Origin: Eledone cirrhosa
Taxonomy: Eukaryota
Direction: 5' to 3'
Assembly: GCA_964016885.1 (NCBI GenBank)
Contig: OZ024741.1
Location: 13,516,001-13,580,000 of the forward strand
Length of the DNA stretch: 64,000 nucleotides
Position numbers and translations under genes: made by a program. Of the stretch, positions 33,408-46,000 are shown piece after piece (the stretch's first letter is position 1; the number at the start of each line of letters is the position of its first letter). The notes below the pieces were generated by a model. That model did no database searches and was not told the origin of the DNA. It saw only the letters and a list, made by a program, of their open reading frames with translations.

Positions 33408-33886
33408 AACTAATATTTTCTCTCACTTAAATATAATCCCGCTATACTCTTTCCACTGGCAAAATATATATAAACAGTTCTTCTTTGTCTCTTTCTTTTT
33501 TCTCTCTCCATCACAATATCATTTTCTTCCAACGGTTTAATTTAAATATACCGTTATTTAAACTTTTCGGACACTCATTTGCATACTCAATCATAACCTC
33601 AATAAATGTAATATCTCCACTATCCAGGAAGCTCCAACCGTTAAGTTTGTCTTTTTTTCAGGGTATGTCAATATTTATTTATAAAACAAATCTGTATTGT
33701 ATTTTATCTGATGAAAGCGCACCATAATTTGCCTTGGTGGCCCTTGAAATATGTATAATAAAATAAATATAGTTTCCATTTGTTAATATATTGTATATTT
33801 ACTCCAATAAACTGTTGAGTGCTTTATATCAGTTATAAAAATATGTTTAACCTTATCTCCCAACAAATTAAATATAACCTTTGCAT
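33408..33886 (+). mobile_element. PLE family A-related 3' terminal-repeat fragment
   Basis: 33600-33886 aligns by eye to 17330-17622, including the HHR and the ttgc-(TA)n end. Confidence 0.8.
33692..33772 (+). ncRNA. Hammerhead ribozyme (PLE family A relative)
   Basis: CUGUAUUGUAUUUUAU CUGAUGA AAG..CACCA...UGGUG..CUU GAA AUAUGUAU A AUAAAAUAAAUAUAG, with a ~15-bp stem I. Confidence 0.75.
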
Positions 33887-33896
33887 ATATATATAT

Positions 33897-34279
33897 AGGG
33901 GCTTATGCCCGAAACGTCGTTCCCCACCACCACCACCCCACTCTCCAGAGCGTGAAATTAATAAACATTCGTTGTACTGCCTCTCTGTTTTGTTCCTGTT
34001 CAAATTTTTCCATTATATATAATACACGCTCACACGGCTTCCATTCCTTTGGAACACAACTTAACTACCGACTCAACCCCGATCTAATCCGCCGTGACCA
34101 TTCTCCGAACTTTTCACACCTTCCCACACTTGGTCTAACTCTGTTCCCACACACTTCTCACCTGAGGAAGGGCTTATGCCCGAAACGTCGTTCCCCACCA
34201 CCACCCCACTCTCCAGAGCGTGAAATTAATAAACATTCGTTGTACTGCCTCTCTGTTTTGTTCCTGTTCAAATTTTTCC

Positions 34280-34283
<4 letters not shown>
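33897..34283 (+). mobile_element. Short PLE-type insertion with partial direct terminal repeats (33899-34014 and 34170-34283)
   Basis: ~115-bp direct repeat starting gggcttatgcccgaaacgtc. The second copy has the complete HHR core. (TA)n flanks. Confidence 0.75.
34159..34191 (+). ncRNA. Very short minimal hammerhead ribozyme
   Basis: AC CUGAGGA a GGGC uuau GCCC GAAA CG UC GU. Palindromic ACGU stem III, GUC cleavage triplet, only 2 clear pairs in stem I. Confidence 0.6.
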
Positions 34284-34321
<38 letters not shown>

Positions 34322-34327
<6 letters not shown>

Positions 34328-34468
34328 GAGGTTATATTTAATTTATTGGGATACAACAACCGTAAAAATATTTTTATAACTGATATAAAGCACTCAACAT
34401 TTTTTTTGAGTAAATATACAATATATTCACAAATGGAAACTATATTTATAAAACTATATTTATTTTAT
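34322..34468 (-). mobile_element. PLE family A-related 3' terminus, inverted relative to 33758-33886
   Basis: Diverged reverse complement of 33758-33886 and 17490-17622. Confidence 0.75.
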
Positions 34469-34503
34469 ATATCTATATGGTGGGTAGTGGTGGACATATA
34501 TGT

Positions 34504-34553
<50 letters not shown>

Positions 34554-34648
34554 GTATGTATGTATATATATAGAGAATAGAAAACGAAAAACCAGTTACC
34601 CTGTATACAGGGTAATCCTTGAAATCCATCCGTTGATCCAGCCCACCA

Positions 34649-35797
34649 CTGTTTGGTATTGAGTACCATACACACATCGGTTTGGTATTGAGTACCATAC
34701 ATCTGTTTGGTATTGAGTACCATACATACATCTGTTTGGTATTGAGTACCATACACACATCTGTTTGGTATTGAGTACCATACATACATCTGTTTGGTAT
34801 TGAGTACCATACATCTGTTTGGTATTGCGTACGATACATCTGTTTGGTACTGAGTACCATACATACACCTGTTTGGTATTGAGTACCATACATACATCTG
34901 TTTGGTATTGCGTACCATACATCCGTTTGGTATTGAGTTCCATACAATTGTTTGGTGTTGAGTACCATACATACATCTGTTTGGTATTGAGTACCACACA
35001 CATCTGTTTGGTGTTGAGTACCACACATCTGTTTGGTATTGAGTACCATACACATCTGTTTGGTACTGGGTACCATACATACACCTGTTTGGTGTTGAGT
35101 ACCATACATACATTTGTTTGGTATTGAGTACCATACACATCTGTTTGGTACTGGGTACCATACATACACCTGTTTGGTGTTGAGTACCATACATACATTT
35201 GTTTGGTATTGAGTACCACACACATCTGTTTGGTGTTGAGTACCACACATCTGTTTGGTATTGAGTATCACACACATCTGTTTGGTGTTGAGTACCATAC
35301 ACACATCTGTTTGGTATTGAGTACCATATACACATCTGTTTGGTATTGAGTACCAGACACATCTGTTTGGTGTTGAGTACCACACATCTATTTGGTATTG
35401 AGTACCACACACATCTGTTTGGTGTTGAGTACCATACATCTGTTTGGTGTTGAGTACCACACATCTGTTTGGTATTGAGTACCACACACATCTGTTTGGT
35501 ATTGAGTTCCATACAACTGTTTGGTGTTGAGTACCATACACACATCTGTTTGGTATTGAGAACCACACACACATCTGTTTGGGACTGAGTACCATACATC
35601 TGTTTGGTGTTGAGTACCATACATACATCTGTTTGGTGTTGAGTACCATACATACATCTGTTTGGTATTGAGTACCATATACACATCTGTTTAGTATTGA
35701 GTACCACACACATCTGTTTGGTGTTGAGTACCACACACATCTGTTTGGTACTGAGTACCACACACATCTGTTTGGTACTGAGTACCATACACACATC
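34649..35797. repeat. Minisatellite, 24-30-bp unit CATCTGTTTGGT(A/G)TTGAGTAC-(CA/TA)n
   Basis: About 40 or more tandem units, with length variation confined to the dinucleotide linker. Confidence 0.97.
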
Positions 35798-36311
35798 GTT
35801 GTCTGTCAAAGACCAAATTGTGGTTCTGTTTCCACACCACACTTCTGCCAATCAAGCCCATTGAATGGCTTTTGTCCCCTCATGTCTAACAAGATTTGCT
35901 CTAGCTACGACAATGCAGCCTTAGTTTTCACATTGAAGACTTGGTTGAACCCCAATCTCACATGTGACATCAGCTGGGATGTTCTTCTTAAGTGTATCAG
36001 CTTTCTAACTAGTTCTCCCGTTAGCCTCCTCTATTGTTACTCCTTTACTAAACCTTATCAATTCTACCCTAATTGCCGTTTACAGGGCAATTCTTCACTT
36101 TCTCTGGGTTTTCCCCACAAGTCACCCTCAGAAGTCTCTTTTACTGGCCAATTTATGTCATTTGAATATTTTAATGCTTTTTTCTTTGTTTATTTGCTTG
36201 TTTTTGTTAAAACCTTTTTACATGCAAAAAACCTATTCTGTGTCAGCCTTAATGTTTTCTTAATGTGAGCCCTAATATAGAAACCATTAATATTAGTAGT
36301 ATTATTTGGAT

Positions 36312-36507
36312 TGGCAGTATCAGTAGAGTGTTGGGCACTATGCTTTGTGGCGTAGAGTTACGGTCCTTTACGTTCTGAGGTTAACTTTGCCTTTCATCCT
36401 TACGGGGTTGATAAAATAAGGTACCAGTAACGCACTGGGGTTGATCTAATCGACTTTCCCCTCCCCCAAAATTATTTGCCTTGTGCCTTAATCAGAAACA
36501 ATTATTC
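36312..36507 (+). mobile_element. Meta-domain-type SINE, degraded
   Basis: gaggttaactttgcctttcatccttacggggttgataaaataaggtaccag resembles the MetaSINE central domain (recalled, not aligned). Ends agaaacaattatt. Confidence 0.7.
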
Positions 36508-36938
36508 GGGCAATCCCAGATCAACTTCTTCAAGTTTCACCTGGAAAGAAAGGTGAGGGTGGAGAAGTGCTCCCCCCCCCCAGTACATTTGTTAAAAGGT
36601 GGATGGTAAGAATGGCCTGTGTGAGTTGGTCTACTTTGACCATGCGCCTGTAGGCTGGTTAATTTGAGGAGGAGAGGGACGGCCTCCCTGGGTGCCCTAG
36701 AAGTGTCGGGTGGTTCAGGATTGGTGGGGTACCTGAGTCGCCCCTGGGTCTTCCTCGTGCCCTCTATAGGTGAAGTTATTTTTTATGTTTATACTTAGTT
36801 TATTTTATATTTTCATTGTTAATTTCGTTTTGCCATTGTACACTTTTACTCAGGCCTATTGTAACCCCCCCCCCCCCCTCACTGTCCGTGTCTTTGTATT
36901 GTCCCCTACATGTCGGCCGTTGTGGCCAATAAATGAAA

Positions 36939-36975
<37 letters not shown>
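36508..36975 (+). mobile_element. Probable 3' end of an L1/Tx1-type LINE with poly(A) signal and (ATT)n tail
   Basis: Remnant frame NFFKFHLERKVRVE...FVKRW, then a UTR, AATAAA at ~36928 and (ATT)n at 36941-36975. Confidence 0.5.
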
Positions 36976-37085
36976 CATCTCTTTATTTATTTCAGCCGGA
37001 AAATACATTAAAGTTATGGCTAAGGGAATTTCAAAAGGTCAGTATGTTATTACTACTTAGTCCTAATATTGTGTTTTTTACAGCA

Positions 37086-40000
37086 TTACCAAGGTTAACA
37101 CTACCTAGGTTAACACTACCAAGGTTAACACTACCTAGGTTAACACTACCAGGGTTAACACTACCAAGGTTAACACTACATAGGTTAAAACTACCTAGGT
37201 TAACACTACCTAGGTTAACACTACCTAGGTTAACACCACCTAGGTTAACACTACCAAGGTTAACACTACCTAGGTTAACACTACCTAGGTTAACACTACC
37301 TAGGTTAACACTACCTAGGTTAACACTACCTAGGTTAACACTACCTAGGTTTACACTACCAAGGTTAACACTACCTAGGTTAACACTACCTAGGTTAACA
37401 CTACCAAGGTTAACACTACCTAGGTTAACACTACCAAGGTTAACACTACCAAGGTTAACACTACCAAGGTTAACACTACCTAGGTTAACACTACATAGGT
37501 TAACACTACCTAGGTTAACACTACCTAGGTTAACACTACCTAGGTTAACACTACCTAGGTTTACACTACCAAGGTTAACACTACCTAGGTTTGCACTACC
37601 TAGGTTAACACTACCTAGATTAACACTACTTAGGTTAACACTACCAAGGTTAACACTACCAAGGTTAACACTACCTAGGTTAACACTATCTAGGTTTACA
37701 CTACCAAGGTTAACACTGCCTAGGTTAATTCTACCAAGGTTAACACTACCTACGTTAACACTACCAAGGTTAACACTACCTAGGTTAACACTACCTAGGT
37801 TAACACTACCTAGGTTAACACTACCTAGGTTAACACTACCAAGGTTAACACTACCAAGGTTAACACTACCTAGGTTAATACTACCAAGGTTAACACTACC
37901 TAGGTTAACACTACCAAGGTTAACACTACCTAGGTTAACACTACCTAGGTTAACACTACCTAGGTTAACACTACCTAGGTTAACACTACCAAGGTTAACA
38001 CTACCAAGGTTAACACTACCTAGGTTAACACTACCAAGGTTAACACTACCTAGGTTAACACTACCAAGGTTAACACTACCTAGGTTAACACTACCTAGGT
38101 TAACACTACCTAGGTTAACACTACCAAGGTTAACACTACCAAGGTTAACACTACCTAGGTTAACACTACCAAAGATTAACACTACCTAGGTTAACACTAC
38201 CAAGGTTAAGACTACCTAGGTTAACACTACCAAAGGTTAACACTACCTAGGTTAACACTACCTGGGTTAACACTACCTAGGTTTACACTACCAAGGTTAA
38301 CACTACCTAGGTTAACACTACCTAGGTTAACACTACCTAGGTTAACACTACCAAGGTTAACACTACCTAGGTTAACACTACCTAGGTTAACACTACCTAG
38401 GTTAACACTACCTAGGTTTACACTACCAAGGTTAACACTACCTAGGTTAACACTACCTAGGTTAACACTACCAAGGTTAACACTACCTAGGTTAACACTA
38501 CCAAGGTTAACACTACCAAGGTTAACACTACCAAGGTTAACACTACCAAGGTTAACACTACCAAGGTTAACACTACCTAGGTTAACACTACATAGGTTAA
38601 CACTACCTAGGTTAACACTACCTAGGTTAACACTACCTAGGTTAACACTACCTAGGTTAACACTACCTAGGTTTACACTACCAAGGTTAACACTACCTAG
38701 GTTTGCACTACCTAGGTTAACACTACCTAAATTAACACTACTTAGGTTAACACTACCAAGGTTAACACTACCAAGGTTAACACTACCTAGGTTAACACTA
38801 CCTAGGTTTACACTACCAAGGTTAACACTGCCTAGGTTAATTCTACCAAGGTTAACACTACCTACGTTAACACTACCAAGGTTAACACTACCTAGGTTAA
38901 CACTACCTAGGTTAACACTACCTAGGTTAACACTACCAAGGTTAACACTACCAAGGTTAACACTACCAAGGTTAACACTACCTAGGTTAATACTACCAAG
39001 GTTAACACTACCTAGGTTAACACTACCAAGGTTAAGACTACCTAGGTTAACACTACCAAAGGTTAACACTACCTAGGTTAACACTACCTAGGTTAACACT
39101 ACCTAGGTTTACACTACCAAGGTTAACACTACCTAGGTTTGCACTACCTAGGTTTGCACTACCTAGGTAACACTACCTAGGTTAACACTACCAAGGTTAA
39201 CACTGCCAAGGTTAACACTACCAAGGTTAACACTACCTAGGTTAACACTACCTAGGTTTACACTACCAAGGTTAACACTACCAAGGTTAACACTACCTAG
39301 GTTTACACTACCAAGGTTAACACTATCAAGGTTAACACTACCTAGGTTAACACTACCAAGGTTAACACTACCTAGGTTAACACTACCTAGGTTAACACTA
39401 CCAAGGTTAAGACTACCAAAGGTTAACACGACCAAGGTTAACACTACCAAGGTTAACACTACCAAGGTTAACACTACCAAGGTTAACACTACCTAGGTTA
39501 ACACTACCTAGGTTAACACTACCTAGGTTAACACTACCTAGGTTAACACTACCTAGGTTAACACTACCAAGGTTAACACTACCAAGGTTAACACTACCTA
39601 GGTTAACACTACCTAGGTTTACAATACCAAGGTGAACACTACCTAGGTGAACACTACCAAGGTTAACACTACCAAGGTTAACACTACCTAGGTTAACACT
39701 ACCTAGGTTTACACTACCGAGGATAACACTACCTAGGTTAACACTACCTAGGTTTACACTACCAAGGTTAACACTACCAAGGTTAACACTACCTAGGTTA
39801 ACACTACCTAAATTAACTCTACCAAGGTTAACACTACCTAGGGTAACACTACCTAGGTTAACACTACCAAAGTTAACACTACCAAGGTTAACACTACCTA
39901 GGTTAACACTACCAAGGTTAACACTACATAGGTTAACACTACCAAGGTTAACACTACCAAGGTTAACACTACCTAGGGTAACACTACCTAGGTTTACACT

Positions 40001-43000
40001 ACCAAGGTTAACACTACCTAGGTTTACACTACCAAGGTTAACACTACCTAGGTTAACACTACCAAGGTTAACACTACCAAGGTTAACACTACCAAGGTTA
40101 ACACTACCAAGGTTAACACTACCAAGGTTAACACTACATAGGTTAACACTACCAAGGTTAACACTACCAAGGTTAACACTACCTAGGGTAACACTACCTA
40201 GGTTTACACTACCAAGGTTAACACTACCTAGGTTTACACTACCAAGGTTAACACTACCTAGGTTAACACTACCAAGGTTAACACTACCAAGGTTAACACT
40301 ACCAAGGTTAACACTACCTAGGCTAACACTACCAAGGTTAACACTACCAAGGTTAACACTACCTAGGTTAACACTACCTAGGTTAACACTACCTAGGTTA
40401 ACACTACCTAGGTTAACACTACCTAGGTTAACACTACCAAGGTTAACACTACCTAGGTTTGCACTACCTAGGTTAACACTACCTAGGTTAACACTACCTA
40501 GGTTAACACTACCAAGGTTAACACTACCAAGGTTAACACTACCAAGGTTAACACTACCAATGTTAACACTACCTAGGTTAACACTACCTAGGTTAACACT
40601 ACCAATGTTAACACTACCTAGGTTAACACTACCAAGTTTAACACTACCAAGGTTAACACTACCAAGGTTAACACTACCTAGGTTAACACTACCAAGGTTA
40701 ACACTACCAAGGTTAACACTACCTAGGTTAACACAACAAGGTTAACACTACCTAGGTTAACACTAGCAAGGTTTACACTACCTTGGTTAACACTACCTAG
40801 GTTAACACTACCAAGGTTAACACTAACAAGGTTAACACTACCAAGGTTAATACTACCTAGGTTAACACTACCAAGGTTAACACTACCAAGGTTAACACTA
40901 CCTAGGTTAATACTACCAAGGTTAACACTACCAAGGTTAACACTACCAAGGTTAACACTACCAAGGTTAATACTACCAAGGTTGACACAACCAAGGTTAA
41001 TACTACCTAGGTTAACACTACCAAAGATAACACTACCAAGGTTAACACTACCAAGGTTAACACTACCAAGGTTAATACTACCAAGGTTAGCACTACCAAG
41101 GTTAACACTACCAAGGTTAACACTACCAAGGTTAATACTACCAAGGTTAACTCTACCTAGGTTAACACTACCTAGGTTAACACTACCAAGGTTAACACTA
41201 CCAAGGTTAACACTACCAAGGTTAACACTACCAAGGTTAACAGTACCTAGGTTAACAGTACCAAGGTTAACACTACCTAGGTTAACACTACCAAGGTTAA
41301 CACTGCCTAGGTTAACACTACCTAGGTTAACACTACCTAGGTTAACACTACCTAGGTTAACACTACCTAGGTTTACACTACCAAGGTTAACACTACCTAG
41401 GTTTGCACTACCTAGGTTAACACTACCTAAATTAACACTACTTAGGTTAACACTACCAAGGTTAACACTACCAAGGTTAACACTACCTAGGTTAACACTA
41501 CCTAGGTTTACACTACCAAGGTTAACACTGCCTAGGTTAATTCTACCAAGGTTAACACTACCTACGTTAACACTACCAAGGTTAACACTACCTAGGTTAA
41601 CACTACCTAGGTTAACACTACCTAGGTTAACACTACCAAGGTTAACACTACCAAGGTTAACACTACCAAGGTTAACACTACCTAGGTTAATACTACCAAG
41701 GTTAACACTACCTAGGTTAACACTACCAAGGTTAACACTACCTAGGTTAACACTACCTAGGTTAACACTACCAAGGTTAACACTACCTAGGTTAACACTA
41801 CCAAGGTTAACACTACCAAGGTTAAGACTACCAAAGATTAACACTACCTAGGTTAACACTACCAAGGTTAACACTACCTAGGTTAACACTACCAAGGTTA
41901 AGACTACCTAGGTTAACACTACCAAAGGGTAACACTACCTAGGTTAACACTACCTAGGTTAACACTACCTAGGTTTACACTACCAAGGTTAACACTACCT
42001 AGGTTAACACTACCTAGGTTTACACTACCAAGGTTAACACTACCTAGGTTTGCACTACCTAGGTTTGCACTACCTAGGTAACACTACCTAGGTTAACACT
42101 ACCAAGGTTAACACTGCCAAGGTTAACACTACCAAGGTTAACACTACCTAGGTTAACACTACCTAGGTTTACACTACCAAGGTTAACACTACCTAGGTTA
42201 ACACTACCAAGGTTAACACTACCTAGGTTTACACTACCAAGGTTAACACTATCAAGGTTAACACTACCTAGGTTAACACTACCAAGGTTAACACTACCTA
42301 GGTTAACACTACCTAGGTTAACACTACCAAGGTTAAGACTACCAAAGGTTAACACGACCAAGGTTAACACTACCAAGGTTAACACTACCAAGGTTAACAC
42401 TACCAAGGTTAACACTACCTAGGTTAACACTACCTAGGTTAACACTACCTAGGTTAACACTACCTAGGTTAACACTACCTAGGTTAACACTACCAAGGTT
42501 AACACTACCAAGGTTAACACTACCTAGGTTAACACTACCTAGGTTTACAATACCAAGGTTAACACTACCTAGGTGAACACTACCAAGGTTAACACTACCA
42601 AGGTTAACACTACCTAGGTTAACACTACCTAGGTTTACACTACCGAGGATAACACTACCTAGGTTAACACTACCTAGGTTTACACTACCAAGGTTAACAC
42701 TACCAAGGTTAACACTACCTAGGTTAACACTACCTAAATTAACTCTACCAAGGTTAACACTACCTAGGGTAACACTACCTAGGTTAACACTACCAAAGTT
42801 AACACTACCAAGGTTAACACTACCTAGGTTAACACTACCAAGGTTAACACTACATAGGTTAACACTACCAAGGTTAACACTACCTAGGGTAACACTACCT
42901 AGGTTTACACTACCAAGGTTAACACTACCTAGGTTTACACTACCAAGGTTAACACTACCTAGGTTAACACTACCAAGGTTAACACTACCAAGGTTAACAC

Positions 43001-46000
43001 TACCAAGGTTAACACTACCTAGGCTAACACTACCAAGGTTAACACTACCAAGGTTAACACTACCTAGGTTAACACTACCTAGGTTAACACTACCTAGGTT
43101 AACACTACCTAGGTTAACACTACCTAGGTTAACACTACCAAGGTTAACACTACCTAGGTTTGCACTACCTAGGTTAACACTACCTAGGTTAACACTACCT
43201 AGGTTAACACTACCAAGGTTAACACTACCAAGGTTAACACTACCAAGGTTAACACTACCAATGTTAACAGTACCTAGGTTAACACTACCTAGGTTAACAC
43301 TACCAATGTTAACACTACCTAGGTTAACACTACCAAGTTTAACACTACCAAGGTTAACACTACCAAGGTTAACACTACCTAGGTTAACACTACCAAGGTT
43401 AACACTACCAAGGTTAACAGTACCTAGGTTAACACAACAAGGTTAACACTACCTAGGTTAACACTAGCAAGATTTACACTACCTTGGTTAACACTACCTA
43501 GGTTAACACTACCAAGGTTAACACTAACAAGGTTAACACTACCAAGGTTAATACTACCTTGGTTAACACTACCAAGGTTAACACTACCAAGGTTAACACT
43601 ACCTAGGTTAATACTACCAAGGTTAACACTACCAAGGTTAACACTACCAAGGTTAACACTACCAAGGTTAATACTACCAAGGTTGACACAACCAAGGTTA
43701 ATACTACCTAGGTTAACACTACCAAAGATAACACTACCAAGGTTAACACTACCAAGGTTAACACTACCAAGGTTAATACTACCAAGGTTAACTCTACCTA
43801 GGTTAACACTACCTAGGTTAACACTACCAAGGTTAACACTACCAAGGTTAACACTACCAAGGTTAACACTACCAAGGTTAACAGTACCTAGGTTAACAGT
43901 ACCAAGGTTAACACTACCTAGGTTAACACTACCAAGGTTAACACTGCCTAGGTTAACACTACCTAGGTTAACACTACCAAGGTTAACACTACCAAGGTTA
44001 ACACTACCTAGGTTAATATTACCAAGGTTAACACTACCAAGGTTAATACTACCTAGGTTAATACTACCAAGGTTAACACTACCTAGGTTAATACTACCAA
44101 GGTTAACACTACCTAGGTTAACACTACCAAGGTTAACACTACCTAGGTTAACACTACCTAGGTTAACATTACCTAGGTTAACACTACCAAGGTTAACACT
44201 ACCAAGGTTAACACTACCAAGGTTAACACTACCTAGGTTAACACTACCAAGGTTAACACTACCTAGGTTAACACTACCTAGGTTAACATTACCTAGGTTA
44301 ACACTACCAAGGTTAACACTACCAAGGTTAACACTACCAAGGTTAACACTACCTAGGTTAACACCACAAGGTTAACACTACCTAGGTTAACACTAGCAAG
44401 GTTTACACTACCTAGGTTAACACTACCTAGGTTAACACTACCTAGGTTAAAACTACCAAGGTTAACACTACCAAGGTTAACACTAACAAGGTTAACACTA
44501 CCAAGGTTAACACTAGCAAGGTTAACACTACCAAGGTTAACACTACCTAGGTTAACACTACCTAGGTTTACACTACCAAGGTTAACACTACCTAGGTGAA
44601 CACTACCAAGGTTAACACTACCAAGGTTAACACTACCAAGGTTAACACTACCAAGGTTAACACTACCTAGGTTAACACTACCTAGGTTTACACTACCGAG
44701 GATAACACTACCTAGGTTAACACTACCTAGGTTTACACTACCAAGGTTAACACTACCTAGGTTAACACTACCTAGGTTAACTCTACCAAGGTTAACACTA
44801 CCTAGGGTAACACTACCTAGGGTAACACTACCAAGGTTAACACTACCAAGGTTAACACTACCAAGGTTAACACTACCAAGGTACACACTACCAAGGTTAA
44901 CACTACCAAGGTTAACACTACCAAGGTTAACACTACCAAGGTTAACACTACCAAGGTTAACACTACCAAGGTTAACACTACCAAGGTTAACACTACCTAG
45001 ACTAACACTACCAAGGTTAACACTACCAAGGTTAACACTACCTAGGTTAACACTACCTAGGTTAACACTACCTAGGTTAACACTACCTAGGTTAACACTA
45101 CCAAGGTTAATACTACCTAGGTTAACACTACCAAAGGTTAACACTACCTAGGTTAACACTACAAAGGTTAAGACTACCTAGGTTAACACTACCTAGGTTA
45201 ACACTACCTAGGTTAACACTACCAAGGTTAACACTACCTAGGTTAACACTACCAAGGTTAACACTACCTAGGTTAACACTAGCAAGGTTTACACTACCTT
45301 GGTTAACACTACCTAGGTTAACACTACCTAGGTTAACACTACCAAGGTTAACACTATCAAAGGTTAACACTACCAAGGTTAACACTACTAAGGTTAACAC
45401 TACCTAGGTTAATACTACCAAGGTTAATACTACCAAGGTTAACACTACCTAGGTTAACACTACCAAGGTTAACACTACCAAGGTTAACACTACCAAAAGT
45501 TAACACTACCAAGGTTAACACTACCAAGGTTAACACTACCAAGGTTAACACTACCTAGGTTAACACTACCAAGGTTAATGCTACCAAGGTTAACACTACC
45601 TAGGTTAACACTACCAAGGTTAACACTACCAAGGTTAACACTACCAAAAGTTAACACTACCAAGGTTAACACTACCAAGGTTAACACTACCAAGGTTAAC
45701 ACTACCTAGGTTAATACTACCAAGGTTAATGCTACCAAGGTTAACACTACCTAGGTTAACACTACCAAGGTTAACACTACCAAGGTTAACACTACCAACA
45801 GTTAACACTACCAAGGTTAACACTACCAAGGTTAACACTACCAAGGTTAACACTACCTAGGTTAACACTACCAAGGTTAACACTACCTAGGTTAACACCA
45901 CAAGGTTAACACTACCAAGGTTAACACTACCAAGGTTAACACTACCTAGGTTAACACTACCAAAGGTTAACACTACCTAGGTTAACACTACCAAGGTTAA

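Noticed and set aside
34649-35797. CRISPR-like array or Cys-rich repeat protein
   Set aside because: There are no unique spacers and no cas genes, the context is eukaryotic, and the frames shift with linker length.
35861-36268. 135-aa ORF in the only apparently unique stretch
   Set aside because: It has a non-ATG start, no recognisable motif and no clear splice structure.
36933-36990. Signal-peptide-like [14 protein letters not shown] start
   Set aside because: The poly-Leu is the (ATT)n tail of a retroelement directly after AATAAA.
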